From contig DASYVJ010000058.1 in the NCBI GenBank assembly GCA_035937155.1, positions 1,938 to 65,937 on the forward strand: a DNA stretch of 64,000 nucleotides. Reading direction: 5' to 3'. Shown here in pieces: positions 58,689 to 64,000 of the stretch (positions are counted from its first letter, which is position 1; each line of letters opens with the position of its first letter). The translations under genes were made by a program, and so were the position numbers. The notes beneath the pieces were generated by a model that saw nothing but the letters and a program-made list of their open reading frames with translations, made no database searches and was not told where the DNA came from. The stretch comes from Candidatus Dormiibacterota bacterium. Its GTDB lineage: Bacteria > Chloroflexota > Dormibacteria > Dormibacterales > Dormibacteraceae.

Positions 58689-59834
58689 GTGCCTCTAAGC
58701 CGGGCGGCGATTGTGGTGGTGACGGCCATGACGCTGACGGGATGCGGCGGCTCACCCTCGACCAGCCGAACGTCACCAAGCCCAACTGAACAAGCGACAG
58801 CCACCGCCACCGCGACCGCGACCTCCAGTCCGTCGTCCAACCCCACCGGAACGCCGGGCGGCGCGTCGTTGGTCCACTGCGACAGTGCAGTGCCAGCGGG
58901 CGACAACCTGGTGATCGGAACGATCACCGGCGATCCCACGATCGTGATCCGCGACATCCAGGACCCTGCCAACGCAAAGACGTTGTGCAAGTTCGATGCA
59001 GGCGCATCGAGCCCGCAGTTCGTCAGCGCCACGCAGGTGAGTTACACGACGGCGAGCAATCAGATCGTCAAAGCGGACCTTGCCGGCGGCACCACCACGG
59101 TGCTCGCGACTTTCGGCGCGGGATTCGGCTCGGGACTTTATTCGGTGAGCCCGGACGGCCGTTCGATCACGTACATCGACGGCAATGCGTGGCACCTGGT
59201 CACGCCGTCCGGGGGTAACAAAGTCCTCACGACGCTCGCCCCCGTGCCCGGACGTGGCGTGAACCCTGACGAGGACGACAACTTTCTAGGCTTCTCGCCT
59301 GACGGTCAGTACTTCGCGCTCGTGCAGACCTTTCGGGGTGGTGGCACCGGCGCGACCGCCCCGGACCAGGTGCGGAAGGCGAGCGACGGCTCGCTTGTTT
59401 ACTCCACAACCGGCATGACGATGGGCGTCTGGGCCTCCGTCCCGAGCCGCTTGTTCTTCAGGGATTCCAGTGGAGCGATGCACCGTTGGGACCCGAGCAG
59501 CGGGCAGTCGTCGATGCTTCCACTGCGCTGGATCCGCCCCAAATCTTCTCCCGACGGCCGCTGGATCGCCTATACGATCAGGACCACGAGCGGGCTGGGT
59601 GCCGTTGGCTTCTACAGCGTGCAGGCAAACAGCGTGTCAATGACGACTTCGGCGGGGCGCTCAGGCGCCAGGTTTCTCACGAACGACCTCGTCTGGTACG
59701 TCGCGGAACGAGCCTGTTCTACGTGCCTCGGCGGTCAGCCGGTGCCGACAGGCGTGACGTACATCTACAGCATCGCCGGTGCTGTGGAAGTCGTGTCACG
59801 CCTGTCCGGCGTCTACGACGCCTGGCCGCACTAG
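58689..59834 (+). CDS. secreted lipoprotein with TolB-like/WD40-like beta-propeller repeats
   Basis: Lipobox 'MTLTGC'. Repeated 'SPDG' blades (SPDGRSITYIDGN, SPDGQYFALV, SPDGRWIAYT). Confidence 0.75.
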   Translation: MPLSRAAIVVVTAMTLTGCGGSPSTSRTSPSPTEQATATATATATSSPSSNPTGTPGGASLVHCDSAVPAGDNLVIGTITGDPTIVIRDIQDPANAKTLCKFDAGASSPQFVSATQVSYTTASNQIVKADLAGGTTTVLATFGAGFGSGLYSVSPDGRSITYIDGNAWHLVTPSGGNKVLTTLAPVPGRGVNPDEDDNFLGFSPDGQYFALVQTFRGGGTGATAPDQVRKASDGSLVYSTTGMTMGVWASVPSRLFFRDSSGAMHRWDPSSGQSSMLPLRWIRPKSSPDGRWIAYTIRTTSGLGAVGFYSVQANSVSMTTSAGRSGARFLTNDLVWYVAERACSTCLGGQPVPTGVTYIYSIAGAVEVVSRLSGVYDAWPH

Positions 59835-59862
59835 CCAATCCCTTCTCCCGCGCCAGCTGGAC
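59832..59862. repeat. family-2 GC-rich repeat, head part only, overlapping a stop codon
   Basis: 'TAGCCAATCCCTTCTCCCGCGCCAGCtggacc' is near-identical to 53151-53178. Confidence 0.6.
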
Positions 59863-60029
59863 CACTCCATCTGGGGGAAACGCCTCCCGCGGCTGTCACG
59901 CCTCGGACAGGACAGAATTCCTATTTGCACAAGCCCCTTGCCGGTGATACGGTTTTTTTCGTCGCCCGGGGGGGTGGTCTCGGTGGCGGGCATCTCTCCG
60001 CAGCTTTGTGTGTACGGGGAGGGGTGTCT

Positions 60030-61835
60030 ATGCCTAAATGGCGACCTCGTCTGCTTTTAGCTTCTCTACCGCCGCTGATCGCGAGCACGGTGTTCGCGGG
60101 GATGCCATTGATGCAAGCCTCCGCGACCGTGCCGCACCGAACCATCAACTGTCAGACCGACGTCCGCTGCCTGGAAGTTCACGACTGGCAGTCCGCCGGC
60201 TTTGAGTATTACGTTGGCCATGACGAGCCAAGCGCGCTCTTCTACTCGAACCAGCCCGGCTCCGGGAACAACTCGACTTACAAGCTGACCCTACCGACCA
60301 ATCCCGCGGCGCAGCCGGACGCTGCCGGGGCCACATCCACGACATGGGACTTTCAGCTGCACCCGGCGTTCTGGTTCGGCATGATCCTGTGCAACCCGGA
60401 CTCCTACCCGAACGTCACGAAGACCTGCCTTGCCGGCAGTGACCAGAACATCAAACCGCTCGCTCAGTCTCCGGGCCAGGCCTTCCTGGAGCTCCAGTTC
60501 TATCCGCCGGGCTACTTCCCGACCAGCTGCACGGCGAAGAGATGGTGCGTCGCGATGGTGATCTGGAGCCTCGCGCAGGATCCCATCAATGGCACTGCAC
60601 TGAACCCCACTTGCACGTCTCAGATCGGCGGGCTCGAGTACCCGAACCTCGCCTACCTGACCAAGAGCGGCACCCCGACCGGGCCGCCCAACCCGATCGA
60701 CCTCAACGGGAACAGCTTCACCCCAACCAACGACTGGCTGCTCATGAACCAGGGTGACCAGCTGAAGGTCGCGATTCACGACTCCGCGAACGGCCTACAG
60801 ACAGTAGTTGAGGACGTCACGACCAACACGGTGGGATCGATGACGGCCAGCGCCAAGAACGGCTTCGGCACGGTCGACTACCAGCCGACCGGAAGCGCCT
60901 GCAATCTGAACCCGTACGACTTTCATCCCGAGTACTCCACATCCCAGCCCCCAAAGAACATGACCTGTCCCGCCGGGGTCTACCCCAACAATGCGGCAGG
61001 CGGCAACTCGAAGGCTGAGGTGTGCACAGACCAGGGCGGGACGCGCGTTCAGTGGGCCGCCCACTCGTACAACGTCTCGTACTCCGACGAGATCGGTCAC
61101 TGGGACTGGTGCAACAACATCGCTGAGCCTGGTGCCGGCTCGTCGCTGGCGCCGGGAGCCGGTTTTGGCTCTGGCCACTGCGCCGTGCAGGGGCTCGAGG
61201 GGCCCGGTCTCACTAAACACAACGACGCCGACAGCACCTCCGGGTGCTTCACCGGCGAGGAAGGCGCCAGCTTCGCCAAGTACGGCGGCGCGGTCGCCGG
61301 TTCGGATGGTCCGGGAGTGGCGATCCCAGGCTGCATTAGCCAGAACGACGGATTTGATGGGGGGTCCTATCAAGCCGGTCGCTGGGCTCCGGCAGCCAAC
61401 GCGCCGACGCCGATCACCTTCTCCAGTCCGTTGACCGGACCGGAAAGCAACACGCCATACCAGAGCACGGCCTTCGAGGCCGACATCCCGCGGATCACGG
61501 CGCTCAACGTGACCGACGGCGACTGCAGCCGCAACACCGGTACCCGGATGACCAAGAATTCCGTCACCGGGATATGGACGGACACCGGCGTGCCCTGCGC
61601 GGTGCCGCCGATCAATGACACCGGCTCACCGGCTTTCTATCCGACGTTCGGCCACAAGACGACTGAGGGCAGCGGTTGTATGTGGCAGGAAGGCAACTAC
61701 ACCGCGTCCACGGGCGGCGCCGGCGTCCAGTTCGGAACTTCCCTGTGGAAGCTGGCTTACCTTGCGTTCGGCGGCGGTGGCGCGCTGACCTACCGTTTCA
61801 ACGACGTCCATAAGACCTCGCCCGTTACCTGCTGA
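60030..61835 (+). CDS. secreted Cys-rich hypothetical protein (601 aa)
   Basis: Internal ATG at 60030 after GGGGAGGGG. Signal peptide 'LLLASLPPLIASTVFAGMPLMQASA'. About 20 Cys residues; no motif recognised. Confidence 0.75.
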   Translation: MPKWRPRLLLASLPPLIASTVFAGMPLMQASATVPHRTINCQTDVRCLEVHDWQSAGFEYYVGHDEPSALFYSNQPGSGNNSTYKLTLPTNPAAQPDAAGATSTTWDFQLHPAFWFGMILCNPDSYPNVTKTCLAGSDQNIKPLAQSPGQAFLELQFYPPGYFPTSCTAKRWCVAMVIWSLAQDPINGTALNPTCTSQIGGLEYPNLAYLTKSGTPTGPPNPIDLNGNSFTPTNDWLLMNQGDQLKVAIHDSANGLQTVVEDVTTNTVGSMTASAKNGFGTVDYQPTGSACNLNPYDFHPEYSTSQPPKNMTCPAGVYPNNAAGGNSKAEVCTDQGGTRVQWAAHSYNVSYSDEIGHWDWCNNIAEPGAGSSLAPGAGFGSGHCAVQGLEGPGLTKHNDADSTSGCFTGEEGASFAKYGGAVAGSDGPGVAIPGCISQNDGFDGGSYQAGRWAPAANAPTPITFSSPLTGPESNTPYQSTAFEADIPRITALNVTDGDCSRNTGTRMTKNSVTGIWTDTGVPCAVPPINDTGSPAFYPTFGHKTTEGSGCMWQEGNYTASTGGAGVQFGTSLWKLAYLAFGGGGALTYRFNDVHKTSPVTC

Positions 61836-61856
61836 GGCGAAACCTACAGAAGCGAT

Positions 61857-61896
61857 GCGGAGGGGCTGCGCGCTGCGCGGCCCCTCTTCCTTTTCA
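61857..61896 (+). terminator. candidate intrinsic terminator
   Basis: GAGGGGCtgcgcgctgcgcgGCCCCTC hairpin followed by 'ttccttttc'. Confidence 0.55.
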
Positions 61897-61943
61897 GCCT
61901 AGGGTGACTGACTTTCAGCGAGGTCTCTGACTATAGTCAGAGA

Positions 61944-62840
61944 ATGGACGCGGCCATGATCGCGCAGGTACGTCGCTTCCGCATCGTCACTCAGCGCGTC
62001 GGGGCGCTGAATGATCGGTTTCTCGCCCGGGATCGCTCTCTCGGCGAAGCGCGGGTGCTGTGGGAGATAGGCGCCAAGGGCCGCGACATCCGTGCCTTGC
62101 GAACGGCGCTTGAGCTGGACTCGGGCTACCTGAGTCGCCTGCTGCGTTCGCTGGAAGCGTCCGGACTTATCAGGGTCGGCCCGAAGGATTCCGACAGGCG
62201 GCTTCGGATCGCGCGACTGACGCGAAGGGGGTTGGCCGAGCGAGCTGTGCTCGACCAACGCAGCGACGAGCTGGCCGCTTCATTCCTCGAGCCGCTGAGC
62301 TCGACGCAGCGCACTCGGCTGGTGACGGCGATGGCCGACGTCGAGCGGCTCATGACTGCGACGATGGTCGAGGTCGCCCAGATCGATCCGGACCAACCGC
62401 ACGCGCAGTTTTGCCTGCACAAGTACTTCTCAGAGCTCGACCGCCGATTCGAGATGGGCTTCGATCCCGCGTTGAGCATCCCGGCTGACGAGGCCGAGCT
62501 GCGGCCTCCGGCCGGCCTGTTCTTGGTGGCGATGCTTCGAGCGGAACCAATCGGCTGCGGGGCGCTCAAGTTCCACGACGACGAGCCAACCGAAATCAAG
62601 CTCATGTGGGTTGCCGAGTCTGCGCGTGGCCTCGGCCTGGGCCGGCGACTCCTGACTGAGCTCGAGGACCACGCCGCCAACCACGGCGCCCAGGCTGTTC
62701 GACTCGAAACTAACAAGACGCTCATCGAAGCAATCAGCCTGTACCGATCCGCCGGCTACGTCGAGGTCGCGCCTTTCAACAACGAACCCTACGCACACCA
62801 TTGGTTCGAAAAAAAGATCGCGCCGGACCTAGATTCCTGA
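61944..62840 (+). CDS. MarR-type HTH fused to a GNAT N-acetyltransferase
   Basis: 'GYLSRLLRSLEASGLIRVGPKDSDRRLRIARLTRRG' followed by the GNAT acetyl-CoA motif 'VAESARGLGLGRRLLTELEDHA'. Confidence 0.85.
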   Translation: MDAAMIAQVRRFRIVTQRVGALNDRFLARDRSLGEARVLWEIGAKGRDIRALRTALELDSGYLSRLLRSLEASGLIRVGPKDSDRRLRIARLTRRGLAERAVLDQRSDELAASFLEPLSSTQRTRLVTAMADVERLMTATMVEVAQIDPDQPHAQFCLHKYFSELDRRFEMGFDPALSIPADEAELRPPAGLFLVAMLRAEPIGCGALKFHDDEPTEIKLMWVAESARGLGLGRRLLTELEDHAANHGAQAVRLETNKTLIEAISLYRSAGYVEVAPFNNEPYAHHWFEKKIAPDLDS

Positions 62841-62906
62841 CGCAAGCCCTCGCGAACCGCGGGGCCCGGGATCAACCCGGCCCGCGGTGCGCAGACGGAG
62901 CAAGTT

Positions 62907-63779
62907 CTAGGTCTCGCGACGCCTCCAGGTCAACCCGGTGATCAAGACAAGCGCTGCGAATCCAAGCAGGACCAACGCGATTACCTCTACCGGCGAAGTC
63001 ATGCCGGTTGCGGCGAGCACAGCGCCTTGCGGAGGAGTAGTCGCCGTGGAGCCGAGAACACCGCCGCTCGGTGACGGACTGCCTGTACCACTGACAACTC
63101 CGCCGGTCCCGCCGGTCGGTGTTGCGGTGGGACTGACCGCAGGAGTCGGCGAAGCGGTGCCACCACCGGTCCCGCCACCGGGCGTAGCGGTGGGGCTGAC
63201 CTCAGGAGTCGGCGACGCGGTGCCACCACCGGTCGGCGTGACACATCCGAGCACACGGATCTCAAGGCCGATGAGTCCCTTCTGGGACGTCAGCCCCGCC
63301 TTCGCCACGTCGACCTGGTAGTAGCCGCACTGCCCGGCCGGCATAACGCGCGACATTTGAAGGGTCTGCGTTGCGTTCGGAGCGATTGTGAACGCTGTAA
63401 AGGTCGGACTGGGGTCCGCGACCTGGGTCGATACGGCATCACCGCCGCCGTCGACGACAGCTCCGTTTGGGACTCCGGGCTGTCCATCGCTCACGTTCAT
63501 GCCCTTGTACGTGATGATGTGATTGAAAGTCAGCTCCAAGTTCATCGACTGCTGCTCAGCTGTCAGGTTCGTCACGTTGAACTGGAAGCTGACCGTGGCG
63601 CCTGTGGTGTACGCAGTCGGAGACGGCGTGTACCCACTTGGTGCAGTTGAAGAAAGGACTCCCAAGTAGTTCGCGTTGCCTTCTCCCGCGAGAACGTTCA
63701 GCGAAGCTACGGCAACGAGGACGACGGTGGAAACTAGAGTGGCTCCGAGTAGCAGTAACTTGGACTTGCCGGGTAGCAC
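62907..63779 (-). CDS. sortase-anchored surface protein (LAxTG sorting signal) with a Pro/Thr/Gly-rich tandem repeat
   Basis: GTG 63779 lies 5 nt after AAGGAG. N-terminal signal peptide. C-terminus 'LAATG' plus TM 'VIALVLLGFAALVLITGL' plus 'RRRET'. Confidence 0.75.
   Translation of the reverse strand: MLPGKSKLLLLGATLVSTVVLVAVASLNVLAGEGNANYLGVLSSTAPSGYTPSPTAYTTGATVSFQFNVTNLTAEQQSMNLELTFNHIITYKGMNVSDGQPGVPNGAVVDGGGDAVSTQVADPSPTFTAFTIAPNATQTLQMSRVMPAGQCGYYQVDVAKAGLTSQKGLIGLEIRVLGCVTPTGGGTASPTPEVSPTATPGGGTGGGTASPTPAVSPTATPTGGTGGVVSGTGSPSPSGGVLGSTATTPPQGAVLAATGMTSPVEVIALVLLGFAALVLITGLTWRRRET
63105..63240. repeat. 63-bp tandem repeat (2.2 copies) inside the surface-protein gene
   Basis: Units 63105-63167 and 63168-63230 differ at a few positions. 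They encode 'GGTASPTP(E/A)VSPTATP(G/T)GGTG'. Confidence 0.8.
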
Positions 63780-64000
63780 GATTTCTCCTTTTTGCCGGTA
63801 ACCCGGCATGTCCACGCGTCGTGAACGCTCAAAAAATGGATTAATTTGGGAACGTTCGACGAAGAGAACTTACTTATCCCCCTCAATTTGGCGGGCCTGC
63901 GAGCCAACCTTTCTCAGGGTTTATTGCATCGTGCTCGTAGGGGCGTAATAACCACAGCAACACACCGGTGGAGCATATGAGTGAATAATCGTTTATTCGC

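Overview
High-GC (roughly two-thirds G+C by eye) bacterial chromosomal segment with about 60 protein genes, one intact tRNA-Ala(GGC), several pseudogenes and transposase remnants, and two short intergenic repeat families. No rRNA, CRISPR array or intact mobile element was seen. The window is bipartite. Positions ~2.0-24.8 kb look like decayed accessory DNA. It starts at a tRNA 3'-half remnant (2003-2052) and ends at tRNA-Ala (24719-24794). In between are a frameshifted hyuB and EthD, remnants resembling ISKra4, IS5 and ISAzo13 transposases, an FkbM fragment, many small orphan genes and 7 copies of a ~35-85 bp repeat. Positions 24.8-64 kb are ordinary metabolic, transport and regulatory genes: DEAD-box helicase, penicillin acylase family, dimethylglycine-dehydrogenase-like enzyme, RecQ, a polyamine/GABA catabolism plus PotABCD-like cluster, ArsM/ArsR and secreted proteins. 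The most unusual content is a translationally coupled pair of giant ORFs on the minus strand (5694-10163, 1489 aa; 2215-5682, 1155 aa). I could not recognise any known domain, NTPase motif, repeat class or signal peptide in either. The pair sits between the tRNA remnant and a divergently transcribed XRE-type regulator, and it is my best candidate for an undescribed system; its function is unknown. Secondary leads are a 572-aa protein that fuses an unknown ~380-aa N-terminal region to a class III nucleotidyl cyclase domain, a 66-nt three-stem structure upstream of an amino-acid permease, and the repeat families. All functional calls rest on motif recognition by eye in the supplied translations; no database search was run.
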